In this document: positions 25,683-35,680 of the stretch, one piece after another
How positions within the stretch are numbered: the first letter of the stretch is position 1
How the letters are laid out: every line of letters begins with the position of its first letter
Origin: Massilibacillus sp.
GTDB lineage: Bacteria; Bacillota; Negativicutes; JARBTT01
Assembly: GCA_029240055.1 (NCBI GenBank)
Contig: JARBTT010000001.1
Location: 1-60,071 of the forward strand
DNA: 60,071 nucleotides
Reading direction: 5' to 3'
Program-made: the position numbers and the translations under genes
Notes under the pieces: generated by a model
Seen by the model: only the letters and a program-made list of their open reading frames with translations
Databases searched by the model: none
What the model was told of the DNA's origin: nothing

Positions 25683-28385
25683 ATGTTAACTGAAAAACAA
25701 ATGACGAATCGCCCAAGTCCAGAAGCATTATTAAAAAAAATTCAAAAAGAAAACCGTGGTAAACTAACGGTATTTTTAGGGGCAATTGCTGGTGTTGGCA
25801 AAACTTTTACGATGCTTAAAACTGCCCATGAGCAAATCAGCGAAGGAAAAAATATTGTTATTGGTTGGGTTGAAACACATGGACGGGTCGAAACGGAAAA
25901 AATGGTTGAGGGGTTGCCAAGAGTAGCCCCTGCAATCCTTCATTATCGTGATAAAGAACTCGCAGAGATGGACATTGATGCAATCTTAAAGTTAAAGCCA
26001 GAAATTGTTTTAGTGGATGAGCTCGCGCATACGAATGTGTCAGGTTCTCGCCATGTGAGGCGATATCAAGATGTAGAAGAACTGTTAGAAGCAGGGATAC
26101 ATGTATATACGACGTTAAATGTACAACATATTGAAAGTCTAAATGATATTGTTGCGCAAATTACAGGTGTTATTGTAAGAGAAACAGTGCCTGATTATGT
26201 GATTGAAGAAGCTGACACGGTACAATTGATTGATATTGCCCCGGAAAATTTAATGCAGCGTTTGCGCGATGGCAAGATTTATATACCAGCGCAAGCAGAA
26301 AGAGCAGCAAAAAAATTTTTTAGACAGGGAAATATTAGTGCGCTTAGGGAACTTTCTCTTAGATTTACGGCACAACGTGTTGATAAAGACTTAGAAGAAT
26401 ATATGCGTGAACATTATATAGAAGGTCCATGGCCTGCCTCTGGAAGAGTTATGGTATGTGTAAGTGGCAGTCCTTTTTCAGCGCAGTTAATTCGAGCGGC
26501 GAGCAGGCTGGCAACAGGCTTGCGTTCGGAACTTTTGGCTGTACATATTGAAGCGGAAAAAATGCATTTTCCTATTGGAGAAAAAGAGCGCGATCGCATT
26601 GCAAAAAACCTGCGTTTGGCAGAAGAGCTGGGTGCGAAAACATTAACGATTGTTGGGCAAAATCTAGTGGATGAAATGATAGATATTGCGAGTAAACAAA
26701 ATATTACTGCGATTGTTGTAGGGAAACCGAATCATAGTAAATTTTCGGATTTTTTCCGTGGTTCTGTAGTGGATAATGTCATCAGGCGCAGTGGTAATAT
26801 CAATGTATATGTAATTCGCGGGACAAAGGAAAAAGAATCTGAACCTATAGTAAAAACTAAAAGTAGCCAATCTACGGATAGTCCAAGTGATTTTGGGCTA
26901 AGTTTACTTATGGTTGCAACTATTACTATAGTTGGTTGGTTGTTCAAAACACAATTAGAAGTGATTAATATTGCATTTTTATATATTCTCCCTGTATTGC
27001 TTAGTGCAATTTGGTGGGGCAAGTGGCCATCTTATCTTAGTGCAATCACTGGTATTTTGGCATTAGATTTTTATTTCATCGAACCAATCATGACTTTTTC
27101 TATTGGGGACATACGGTATGCATGGAGTTTTGTTATTTTTTTACTGCTATCAGCTTTAATTGGCGGGCGGACAAATGATTTAAAAAAGGAAACCAAACAA
27201 GCTAGGCAACAAGAAAAAAGTACTAGAGCAGTTTATGAGTTTAGTCGTGATATTGCTGCTGTCGTCGATACAGAAGCAATAGCGCGAAGTTTAGCTAGAC
27301 AAGCCGGTGAAACAATTGAACGAAAGATTATTGTTTTGCTTACCAATGAAGAGGGAAAAATAGAAAATGAAACTAACTTTGACCCAGAATTAAATAAATC
27401 AAATGACAAAACGGTGGTAACGACACTCAGTGATGCTGAGGCAGCAGTGGTTGCATGGGTTTATAAAAATAAACAGCCTGCAGGCCGATCTACGGATACG
27501 CTACCGGGCGGGAATTATTTATATGTACCAATTTATAGTCAAGACCAGGTGTTTGGTGTATTTGGCGTATACTTAGCACAGCAAAAATTAACACCGAGTG
27601 AAAGAAGATTGATTGATGCTTGGGTCAGGCTTGCAGCTGTGGCAATGGAAAGAGTGAGTTTGGCAGAGCAAGCACGGCATAACGATATGCTAATTGAAGC
27701 CGATAAATTGCGGACGGCATTATTTAATTCTATTTCTCATGAATTAAAAACGCCTTTATCGGCGATTATGGGTTCTGTCTCTACCTTATTAGAAGCAGAG
27801 CATTTATATAATAAACAAGATAGGACTGAACTGCTCAATAATATAAAAGATAGCTCACTTCGCATGGAACGATTGATTGGCAATTTGTTAGATACAGCCC
27901 GCCTAGAAAGTGGTATGATGGAGATTAAGTCGGACTGGTGTGATATTGAAGATATCATTGGTGCGACATTGAGGCGGATGGGGGATCTTATTAAGAATAG
28001 TCAGCTTAAGATACATATTGAAGAAGATTTACCTTTGATTAAGGCTGACTGCGTTTTAATTGAGCAAGTTTTTGTTAATCTGATTGATAATGCAATAAAG
28101 TACTCGGATCATCAGGCAGAAATTACGATTCGTGCAAAGAAACTGAATGATGAAATAGAAATATCGATTATGGATCATGGTAGTGGAATACCTACCGAAG
28201 ATTTAGAAAAAATTTTCAATAAATTCTATCGTGTAGAGCAACCCCAAAAAGTTACCGGAACAGGACTGGGCTTATCAATATGCAGAGGAATTATTGAGGC
28301 ACATAAGGGGAAAATCTATGCGATGAATCGGAGTGCTGGTGGAGCAGTAATTTGTTTTACATTGCCAATAAAACGATATGAATAA
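25683..28385 (+). CDS. kdpD: Full-length sensor kinase KdpD (KdpD N-domain, Usp, 4 TM, GAF-like, HisKA, HATPase)
   Basis: N-terminal P-loop GAIAGVGKT, H-box SISHELKTPLSAI, N box IDNAIKYS, G boxes DHGSGI and GTGLGLSI. ATG 25683 is preferred over GTG 25677. Confidence 0.95.
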   Translation: MLTEKQMTNRPSPEALLKKIQKENRGKLTVFLGAIAGVGKTFTMLKTAHEQISEGKNIVIGWVETHGRVETEKMVEGLPRVAPAILHYRDKELAEMDIDAILKLKPEIVLVDELAHTNVSGSRHVRRYQDVEELLEAGIHVYTTLNVQHIESLNDIVAQITGVIVRETVPDYVIEEADTVQLIDIAPENLMQRLRDGKIYIPAQAERAAKKFFRQGNISALRELSLRFTAQRVDKDLEEYMREHYIEGPWPASGRVMVCVSGSPFSAQLIRAASRLATGLRSELLAVHIEAEKMHFPIGEKERDRIAKNLRLAEELGAKTLTIVGQNLVDEMIDIASKQNITAIVVGKPNHSKFSDFFRGSVVDNVIRRSGNINVYVIRGTKEKESEPIVKTKSSQSTDSPSDFGLSLLMVATITIVGWLFKTQLEVINIAFLYILPVLLSAIWWGKWPSYLSAITGILALDFYFIEPIMTFSIGDIRYAWSFVIFLLLSALIGGRTNDLKKETKQARQQEKSTRAVYEFSRDIAAVVDTEAIARSLARQAGETIERKIIVLLTNEEGKIENETNFDPELNKSNDKTVVTTLSDAEAAVVAWVYKNKQPAGRSTDTLPGGNYLYVPIYSQDQVFGVFGVYLAQQKLTPSERRLIDAWVRLAAVAMERVSLAEQARHNDMLIEADKLRTALFNSISHELKTPLSAIMGSVSTLLEAEHLYNKQDRTELLNNIKDSSLRMERLIGNLLDTARLESGMMEIKSDWCDIEDIIGATLRRMGDLIKNSQLKIHIEEDLPLIKADCVLIEQVFVNLIDNAIKYSDHQAEITIRAKKLNDEIEISIMDHGSGIPTEDLEKIFNKFYRVEQPQKVTGTGLGLSICRGIIEAHKGKIYAMNRSAGGAVICFTLPIKRYE

Positions 28386-28406
28386 AAGTTTTAGTAGGTG
28401 AAAAAT

Positions 28407-29090
28407 ATGGTGAATGGAATGAGAGTCTTAGTTGTTGATGATGAAGCCCAAATCCGTAGATTGCTTCGGGTTGCATTGAATGCTCATGGTTATGAAGTTG
28501 AAGAGGTTGGAACAGGCGGCGAAGGAATTGTCAGGGCAACGATGTTTAAACCTGATTTATTGATCGTTGATTTAGGTTTGCCAGATATGGATGGTAAGCT
28601 AGTGGTAAAAGAAATTCGCGAATGGTCGAATGCGCCAATTATTGTATTAACCGCTCGAGATCAAGAACAAGAAAAGATTGATGCACTGGATCTGGGGGCA
28701 GATGATTATGTGACAAAACCATTCAGTACAGGTGAGTTATTAGCGAGAATGCGCGTATGCTTGAGAAGGACGGTGGCAAAAGAAGAAGATGCCGTTATTC
28801 AATGTGGCAAATTGACAGTCGATATTGTAAAAAGAAAAGTTACAGTTGAAGATAAAGACATTAAACTAACACCAACAGAATATGATATTGTTAAAGTGAT
28901 GGCGCAAAATGCAGGCAGGGTGTTAACGCATAAACAGTTATTAAAAGCGGTATGGGGCAATCAATACAATGAAGATACGCATTATATTCGCGTATATATC
29001 GGTCAGATTAGAAGAAAATTAGAAAAAAATCCGACCCAGCCACAATATATCATTACGGAATCAGGAGTAGGGTATCGGTTGATGGGATAA
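28407..29090 (+). CDS. kdpE: OmpR-family response regulator KdpE
   Basis: Receiver (VLVVDDE, DLLIVDLGLPD, LTARD) plus winged helix (GVGYRL), immediately downstream of kdpD. ATG 28407 sits behind AGGTG. Confidence 0.9.
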   Translation: MVNGMRVLVVDDEAQIRRLLRVALNAHGYEVEEVGTGGEGIVRATMFKPDLLIVDLGLPDMDGKLVVKEIREWSNAPIIVLTARDQEQEKIDALDLGADDYVTKPFSTGELLARMRVCLRRTVAKEEDAVIQCGKLTVDIVKRKVTVEDKDIKLTPTEYDIVKVMAQNAGRVLTHKQLLKAVWGNQYNEDTHYIRVYIGQIRRKLEKNPTQPQYIITESGVGYRLMG

Positions 29091-29138
29091 AAATAGAGTT
29101 GCTACAGATTATTTTATAGCAACTCTATTTTTATTTTT
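29090..29138. terminator. Bidirectional intrinsic terminator between kdpE and the M20 peptidase gene
   Basis: AAAATAGAGTTGCTA-N12-TAGCAACTCTATTTT with T/A runs on both sides. Confidence 0.85.
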
Positions 29139-29165
29139 ACAAAGCAAATTCTTTGTAGAGAAATT

Positions 29166-30290
29166 CTATTTTGCAGTCATACTGCAGTTTATAAGTTCAA
29201 GGATGATTTGTGCCGTCTGATAGAGGTCTTCTTCGAAGATGGATTCTTCCTTTGTATGTACTTTGGTCATACCGACACCAAGTACAGCGCAAGGAATATG
29301 ATAAGCATTATAGAAATTTCCATCGCTACCACCTCCAGTTGGCGTTAAGTTTGGTTTTAAACCTACATTTTTCATCGCTGCAATCGCTGTTTTAATAACG
29401 AGCGTATCTTGTTTTAAGCTATAAGGCCGATAGCAGTGCTCTACTTTGATTTCTGACGTAGCACCATTTTCTTCAGTAACCGTTTCAAAAAGATTTACCA
29501 TGTAATTTGTTTGTGCTGTTAATTTTTTTTCATCACAGCTACGTGCTTCACAAGTTATTTCTACCAAAGGGGGAACGATATTTGTTGCATTCCCGCCCTG
29601 AATAATACCAACATTTGCAGTTGTTTCGTGGTCTAAGCGACCTTGCTTCATATTGGCAATTGCTTTGGCTGCAACAACAATTGAATTGATCCCGTCCTCT
29701 GGTGCTATTCCTGCATGGGCCGATTTTCCATGAACTTTCACGTGAATATCATCTTGACCAGGCGCTTGTATAATGATTTTACCAGGACGGCCACTAGAAT
29801 CTAAGCAATAACCGAAATCAGCCTGAATGATTTTGGGATCAATGTTTTTTGAACCGAGCAATCCGTCCTCTTCGGCAACTGTAAAGATGATTTGAATATC
29901 CCCATGTTCGATATTTTCTTCTTTTAAAATGTGCAGTGCTTCTAAAATTGGTGCGATTCCAGCTTTATCATCAGAGCCGAGAATCGTAGTTCCATCTGAA
30001 GTGATGACACCGTCTTTGATCTGCGGTTTTACGTTTTCACAAGGTTCCACACAATCCATATGAGCACTAAAAAATAAATTTGGTGCATTTTCTTTAGTAC
30101 CTTTTAAATAACCTATAATATTGCCAGTATTACCATCGATTTTTCTACCAGTATCATCTTCGGTTACCGTTAAACCCAGATCAGTTAATTTAGATTTAAG
30201 TAAATCTGCTACCTCACGCTCGTTACGCGTGGAGCAAGTGATTTTCAATAAGTTTAGAAATTCATCTAGTAAACGTTTTTTATTAATCAT
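29166..30290 (-). CDS. M20-family metallopeptidase (peptidase T-like / YqjE-like)
   Basis: 374 aa. Motifs SAHMDCVEP, GSDDKAG, FTVAEEDGLLGS, HGKSAHAG. Confidence 0.8.
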   Translation of the reverse strand: MINKKRLLDEFLNLLKITCSTRNEREVADLLKSKLTDLGLTVTEDDTGRKIDGNTGNIIGYLKGTKENAPNLFFSAHMDCVEPCENVKPQIKDGVITSDGTTILGSDDKAGIAPILEALHILKEENIEHGDIQIIFTVAEEDGLLGSKNIDPKIIQADFGYCLDSSGRPGKIIIQAPGQDDIHVKVHGKSAHAGIAPEDGINSIVVAAKAIANMKQGRLDHETTANVGIIQGGNATNIVPPLVEITCEARSCDEKKLTAQTNYMVNLFETVTEENGATSEIKVEHCYRPYSLKQDTLVIKTAIAAMKNVGLKPNLTPTGGGSDGNFYNAYHIPCAVLGVGMTKVHTKEESIFEEDLYQTAQIILELINCSMTAK

Positions 30291-30585
30291 ACAGAATCCT
30301 CCAATATGTTTTTATGTTTTATTGATAAGAATGTAATTTAACGTATTTTCGATGTGTTCTACTATGTGATCGTAAATAAAAAAATAATAAGATTGTAAGT
30401 GGGGTACGTGAATGTATATAGTATGTTTATAAAGTAGTCTTATTATCAATAAAAAAGAACCGTATTTTTAAAGAATAATTGGTTGTTTTCATTGTATTTG
30501 TTCGGATAAAAATGGTATTATAAAAAAGATATGAATTTTTATATACATCATGTTTGTAGGTATATAGTGAGAAAGAAGGTTTATT

Positions 30586-31500
30586 TTGCGCTTGAGAGGA
30601 AATGTAATCTTGCTATTTGTAGCAATGATTTGGGGTGCCGCCTTTGTAGCACAACGGGCTGGCATGGAATATATCGGACCGTTTGCTTATACAGGAATAA
30701 GGTTTATGCTGGGCTGCTTGTCGCTGGTGCCAGTGCTGTATTATTTTAGAAATGATAAAAAACCTTATCAAGCGGAACAAAAGTCGGTGAGTGTGCTAAA
30801 AGTGGGCTCAATCGCGGGCGTTATTATGTTCTTGGCGGTTTCGTTCCAACAGGTTGGGTTAATTTATACGACCGCAGGGAAAGCCGCGTTTATTACCTGT
30901 TTATATATCATTTTAGTGCCATTTGCTGCCGTATTTTTAAAACAGCATATTTCAGGAAATACGTGGGTCGGAGCAGCTTTATCTATTAGCGGTTTATATT
31001 TTCTTTGTGTAAAAAATGGTTTCCAAATGGAGTACGGTGATTTCATCGTTTTAATCTGTGCTTTTATTTGGACCATACATATTTTATTTATTGATCATTA
31101 TGCGAATAGTGTAGATTCGATAAAATTAGCATTTTATCAATTTTTTGTTTGCGCATTGCTGAGTAGTAGTGTTGCGATCGCCATTGAAACGATTGATTGG
31201 GCTAGCATTGTTAGTGCGGCAGTGCCAATTTTATACGGTGGTTTTCTATCTGTAGGGGTTGCATTTACGTTACAAATCGTTGGACAGAAATATGCCGAAC
31301 CTTCGCATGCGGCGATTATTATGAGTATGGAATCGGTGTTTGGAGCGTTAGCGGGATATTTATTTTTAAATGAATATATGGGTTTAAAAGAAGTTTTAGG
31401 TTGCTTATTGATGATGTTTGGTATGCTGATTACACAAGTTGGTGGATTAGCTGATTTAAAAGCAAAATTTAAACGTCAAAATAAATATAATCGTTTATAA
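30586..31500 (+). CDS. DMT-superfamily transporter (two EamA domains)
   Basis: 304 aa, 10 predicted TM, internal duplication typical of EamA proteins. TTG start after GAAAGAAGG. Confidence 0.8.
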   Translation: MRLRGNVILLFVAMIWGAAFVAQRAGMEYIGPFAYTGIRFMLGCLSLVPVLYYFRNDKKPYQAEQKSVSVLKVGSIAGVIMFLAVSFQQVGLIYTTAGKAAFITCLYIILVPFAAVFLKQHISGNTWVGAALSISGLYFLCVKNGFQMEYGDFIVLICAFIWTIHILFIDHYANSVDSIKLAFYQFFVCALLSSSVAIAIETIDWASIVSAAVPILYGGFLSVGVAFTLQIVGQKYAEPSHAAIIMSMESVFGALAGYLFLNEYMGLKEVLGCLLMMFGMLITQVGGLADLKAKFKRQNKYNRL

Positions 31501-31541
31501 GAAGAAGTAATAGTTGAACTATTTCAGGAGGCGTATTTTTT

Positions 31542-32729
31542 GTGAATTGGCGTATCAACTTATGGGTATTGTGTGTTAGTGTAGTACTGACTTCGGCAAG
31601 TTATACTATGATCATTCCATTTTTACCAGTATATTTATTAGAACTTGGTGTTACTGAACAAGATGTTGCAATGTGGTCAGGGGCGGTTTTTTCGATTAGC
31701 TTTTTTGTTGGAGCGATTATGGCGCCTATTTGGGGGAAGTTTGCTGATAAAAATGGTAAACGCTTGATGGCAATCCGTGCCGGCTTAGGCTTGGCAATTG
31801 TGTATTTTTTAGGTGGTATTGTAACAAGTCCAGTCGAATTGCTTGGAGTAAGGATATTACAAGGGTTTGCCAATGGGTTTTTACCTGCTGCTTTAGCCAT
31901 TGTATCTTCGAGCGCACCTAAAGAACAATTGGGCTTTTCTCTTGGGATTATCCAGACCGGACAGATTATCGGTGGGGTGTTAGGTCCGTTGCTCGGGGGT
32001 TCTTTGGCACATGTTTTTGGCATGCGTGCTTCATTTTTTGTGGCAGGCATATGTTTATTATTGGTTACAGTTGTCGTGGTTTTCTTTGTAAAAGAACCAG
32101 CACGAGTGGAAGATCGTCATGCTGGCAGCAGTATGATGGAAGATATCAAGCATGCTGCTAAAAACTCATTGTTACTAGAGATGATGGGATTAACCTTACT
32201 CATCCAATTGGCAATGATGATTTTACAACCAGTTATGACCCTATATATTGCCCAGTTGCAAGGTGATATGGAAGGGGTTGTCCTTACTGCGGGGATTATC
32301 TTTAGTTTAGGTGGTATCGCTGGGGCTATTTCTACACCGTTTTGGGGTCGATATGGACAACGAAGTGGTTACTTTAAAGCGATGGTATTTGCCTTTGGCG
32401 GGGCAGGTATTTTTAATTTCTTGCAATTCTTTCCTGAGACGGTTATTGGGTTTGGTGCATTACAGTTTTTGGTGGGAAGTTTTATCGTTGGGGTAAATCC
32501 TTCGATTAGTGCAACTATCGTCAATTGTACCGAGGCTAGTTTCCGCGGGCGGGTATTTGGTTTTGCGACGACAGCATATCAGATCGGTGCGATGATTGGC
32601 CCGCTATTAGGTGGTGCGATAGCAGCGTCGATGGGAATACAGTATGTGTTTATCTTTACTGGGTTATTGCTATTTGGTATTAGTTTACTTGTATTTTATC
32701 GTTATATCTACAAGCAGAAGCGAACTTAA
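31542..32729 (+). CDS. MFS transporter (MdtG/multidrug-resistance-like, 12 TM)
   Basis: 395 aa. Motif A-like WGKFADKNGKR and GRYGQRSG. GTG start after AGGAGG. Confidence 0.85.
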   Translation: MNWRINLWVLCVSVVLTSASYTMIIPFLPVYLLELGVTEQDVAMWSGAVFSISFFVGAIMAPIWGKFADKNGKRLMAIRAGLGLAIVYFLGGIVTSPVELLGVRILQGFANGFLPAALAIVSSSAPKEQLGFSLGIIQTGQIIGGVLGPLLGGSLAHVFGMRASFFVAGICLLLVTVVVVFFVKEPARVEDRHAGSSMMEDIKHAAKNSLLLEMMGLTLLIQLAMMILQPVMTLYIAQLQGDMEGVVLTAGIIFSLGGIAGAISTPFWGRYGQRSGYFKAMVFAFGGAGIFNFLQFFPETVIGFGALQFLVGSFIVGVNPSISATIVNCTEASFRGRVFGFATTAYQIGAMIGPLLGGAIAASMGIQYVFIFTGLLLFGISLLVFYRYIYKQKRT

Positions 32730-32844
32730 AGCAGCATTCAATGGTATGAATAAGAAAAATTTGTTAGCTATCATCGTGGTAGGTGAACTGCTGTTATACG
32801 AACGATTTCTGAATACTATAAGTAATGGCCAGCTAATTTTACTC

Positions 32845-32873
32845 TTGTATTTCGGAAAAAAGTGTGGTAATAT
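32845..32873 (+). promoter_or_regulatory. Promoter of the panBCD leader (TTGTAT-17-TAATAT with TG extension)
   Basis: -35 at 32845-32850 and -10 at 32868-32873, preceded by TGTGG. Confidence 0.5.
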
Positions 32874-32878
32874 CCTGT

Positions 32879-33057
32879 TGTTAAGTAATTCGGTAACATC
32901 TCGGAAGAGAGTTGCACGATGAAAACTTAACAGCATTGGATGAAATGGAATTGAATAAAATTCATTTATCCGCTTAGATCTTAAAGACTAAGACGGAAGG
33001 TAAAAGTAGTATTGTTATGCCTTTCGGTGAAGTCTGCCGAAAGGCTTTTTATATTTT
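32879..33057 (+). promoter_or_regulatory. Structured ~200-nt panBCD leader with terminator/antiterminator alternative (candidate riboswitch or attenuator)
   Basis: P1 TGTTAAGT (32879-32886) pairs with ACTTAACA (32925-32932). Bulged hairpin at 32938-32971. CGGAAGG (32994-33000) can pair with CCTTTCG of the terminator left arm. Terminator GCCTTTCGG-N9-CCGAAAGGC plus T-run at 33019-33057. Confidence 0.55.
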
Positions 33058-33081
33058 TATGGGGCGATTGGAGGAGAAACA

Positions 33082-33918
33082 ATGAGTAATACACGTGTGA
33101 CAGTATCCGTAATCAAGGATAGAAAAGTGAAAGGAATACCCATTACCATGCTTACCGCTTATGATTATGCGATGGCAAAAATGCTCGATAGCGCACAGAT
33201 TGATATGATTTTGGTGGGCGATTCTTTAGGCAATGTTGTTTTAGGGTATGATTCTACATTGCCAGTTACCATGGAGGATATGATTCATCATGGCAAGGCG
33301 GTCTGCCGAGGTACAAAAAATACGATGGTTGTTGTTGACATGCCATTTATGTCTTACCAAGTCTCAGTAACAGAAGCAGTACAAAATGCCGGACGTTTGC
33401 TAAAAGAAACCGGGGCACAAGCAGTCAAAGTTGAAGGTGGGGTTGAAATAGTTGAGGCTGTAAAAGCGATTGTGCGAGCGGGAATTCCAGTAGTCGGGCA
33501 TTTAGGTCTTACACCGCAGTCCATTCATCAATTGGGTGGTTTTAAAGTACAAGGTAAAGATGAAGAAACCGCAAAAAAACTGATTGATGACGCAAAATTA
33601 TTAGTGGAATCAGGTGTTTTTGCAGTGGTGTTAGAATGTGTACCAGAAAAATTGGCAGCAAAAATAACGCAAACGATTGCAGTACCAACGATTGGGATCG
33701 GTGCTGGTAGCGGTTGTGATGGTCAAGTTTTGGTTGTGAATGATATGTTTGGTATGTACTCAGATTTTACGCCGAAATTTGTTAAGAAATTTGCAAATTT
33801 ACAAGCACAGATGCTCACAGCAATCATGGAATATAAGCAGGAAGTAACGGCAAGAACGTTTCCTGCGAAGGAGCATACCTTCTCGATTGCCGAGGAGGTA
33901 TTAGATAAATTATATTAG
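33082..33918 (+). CDS. panB: 3-methyl-2-oxobutanoate hydroxymethyltransferase
   Basis: 278 aa. [29 protein letters not shown] and VLECVP motifs. Confidence 0.95.
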   Translation: MSNTRVTVSVIKDRKVKGIPITMLTAYDYAMAKMLDSAQIDMILVGDSLGNVVLGYDSTLPVTMEDMIHHGKAVCRGTKNTMVVVDMPFMSYQVSVTEAVQNAGRLLKETGAQAVKVEGGVEIVEAVKAIVRAGIPVVGHLGLTPQSIHQLGGFKVQGKDEETAKKLIDDAKLLVESGVFAVVLECVPEKLAAKITQTIAVPTIGIGAGSGCDGQVLVVNDMFGMYSDFTPKFVKKFANLQAQMLTAIMEYKQEVTARTFPAKEHTFSIAEEVLDKLY

Positions 33919-34029
33919 AGAATTTAGGCATCTTGTAACAATCTCTTGAATTTTAAGGTTGTGTGTGTTTTTAACACACTCTATTCTATAGTGCGGAATA
34001 AAAATAAATCATGGGTTGAGGTGTAGAGT

Positions 34030-34884
34030 ATGCAGATGAAAGTAATCAAAACCGTTGCCGAAATGAAAAATTTTGTTAGAGCGGTGAAAAAAACAGGTAA
34101 AACAATTGGACTTGTACCAACGATGGGAGCATTACACAAGGGGCATTTAACGTTGATGAAAGCGGCCAAAGAAAAATGTGATATCGTTATAGCTAGCGTC
34201 TTTGTAAATCCAACACAGTTTGGACCGAATGAAGATTTTGCTGCTTATCCGCGTGAATTTGAAAGTGACTGCGCAAAATTGGAATCGGTTGGGGTGGATG
34301 CCGTATTTCATCCCGAAGCGGCTGAACTGTATCCAAGCCATTATACTGCGTATGTTACCGTTGATGGTGACATTACCAGCAAACTTTGTGGTGCACGCAG
34401 GCCCGGACATTTTCGTGGGGTAGCGACTGTAGTTACAAAATTATTTAATATTACTGAAGCGGATCATGCTTTCTTTGGACAAAAAGATGCACAACAGGTT
34501 GTTATAATCAAGCGTTTTGTCCGCGATTTGAATATCGATGTGGCAGTCGAAATGGTACCAATTGTCCGCGCTGAGAACGGACTTGCCTTGAGTTCTCGCA
34601 ACAAGTATTTATCGGTTGCTGAAAAAAAAGCGGCTTTAGTTTTATCTGCTAGTTTAAAAGCGGCGAAAGAAGCCTATACAAATGGCGAAAAGAATGTGGC
34701 GGTTTTAAAAAGCTTGCTTACGAAACAGATTCAAGCCGAACCATTAGCTGATATCGACTATGTGGAGGTTTATAGCTTTCCAGATTTAGAAGAAATCGAA
34801 ACGGTAAAAGGGCAAGCGATTATCGCACTTGCCGTGCGGTTTGGTAAGACGAGATTAATCGATAATGCAATGATTGGAGAGTAG
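34030..34884 (+). CDS. panC: Pantoate--beta-alanine ligase
   Basis: GLVPTMGALHKGHL, FVNPTQFGPNEDF, FGQKDAQQ. Alternative ATG at 34036. Confidence 0.95.
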   Translation: MQMKVIKTVAEMKNFVRAVKKTGKTIGLVPTMGALHKGHLTLMKAAKEKCDIVIASVFVNPTQFGPNEDFAAYPREFESDCAKLESVGVDAVFHPEAAELYPSHYTAYVTVDGDITSKLCGARRPGHFRGVATVVTKLFNITEADHAFFGQKDAQQVVIIKRFVRDLNIDVAVEMVPIVRAENGLALSSRNKYLSVAEKKAALVLSASLKAAKEAYTNGEKNVAVLKSLLTKQIQAEPLADIDYVEVYSFPDLEEIETVKGQAIIALAVRFGKTRLIDNAMIGE

Positions 34885-34887
34885 GGA

Positions 34888-35271
34888 ATGTTATTAAATT
34901 TATTAAAAGCAAAAATTCATTGTGCAACAGTAACTGAAGCAAATTTAAAGTATATGGGCAGTATCACCATTGATGAAGCGCTACTAAAGGCAGCAAATAT
35001 TTTACCGAATGAACGTGTGCAAGTTGTAAATAACAATAATGGTGAACGGCTAGAAACTTATGTAATCAAAGGTGCGCCAAGCTCGGGAGTCATTTGTTTA
35101 AATGGTGCAGCGGCTCGCCTTGTACAACCAGGAGATGTTGTGATTATCATGGCGTATGCGATGATGGAGGAAAAAGAGGCTGAGCATTATAGGCCAACTG
35201 TAGTCATGGTGGATGAAGAGAATAAGCTGAAAGAAGTAAGAAAAGCTGAACACGAAAGACAAATTAATTAA
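34888..35271 (+). CDS. panD: Aspartate 1-decarboxylase (pyruvoyl-dependent)
   Basis: [25 protein letters not shown] with the Gly-Ser self-cleavage site; 127 aa. Confidence 0.95.
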   Translation: MLLNLLKAKIHCATVTEANLKYMGSITIDEALLKAANILPNERVQVVNNNNGERLETYVIKGAPSSGVICLNGAAARLVQPGDVVIIMAYAMMEEKEAEHYRPTVVMVDEENKLKEVRKAEHERQIN

Positions 35272-35291
35272 AATAGTTTTATGCGTAAAGC

Positions 35292-35481
35292 GCAGATGAT
35301 TTACACCAAAAAAATAACAAGTCGGCAAAAGACAAATCCCAAGTGCGTACTGATTCGAAGATCGCAATGAAGGCTAAACTCCCTGCGGTCAAACAAAAAG
35401 CCTTCAAAGCTATGTCATGTTTAAGATTTGTCTATATTGCCTTTAATGAACAAATTTTTCTTGTGTAAAGCATCTGCTTTT
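35292..35481. repeat. Long composite hairpin: split panD terminator arms enclosing a ~125-bp palindromic insert (element C, core 35321-35445)
   Basis: Outer arms GCAGATGATTTACAC (35292-35306) and GTGTAAAGCATCTGC (35463-35477) plus TTTT. Inner terminal inverted repeats GGCAAAAGACAAATC (35324-35338) and GATTTGTCTATATTGCC (35425-35441). Central hairpin TGAAGGCT...AGCCTTCA. Confidence 0.6.
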
Positions 35482-35680
35482 GTTTAGTCTTATCCAAACT
35501 GATGCTATATAAGTATTTATTGAATTAACTTATATATTTAAGGTTAAACAGCATGGAGAATTACAAAAAAAGTATAAAAAGCATCTTGTAATTTAAAAAT
35601 GACGATGGTATACTTGTATACAAAGAACAGGTTAGCTATATTAGCATTAGAAATAAATAGTATTTATATAAATAAAGCCA

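Noticed and set aside
30531-30749. 72-aa ORF overlapping the start of the DMT transporter gene
   Set aside because: It is out of frame with and overlaps the EamA-family gene, is Cys/Arg-rich, and has no RBS.
32644-32936. ORFs 32644-32922 (+) and 32685-32936 (-) between the MFS gene and panB
   Set aside because: They overlap each other, the MFS gene end and the predicted pan promoter/leader. Neither has an RBS or recognisable family. The region is better explained as a regulatory leader.
32879-33057. T-box riboswitch as the explanation for the pan leader
   Set aside because: No T-box consensus (AANNNGGGTGGTACCGCG-like) precedes the terminator, and no specifier-loop/AG-bay architecture is evident.
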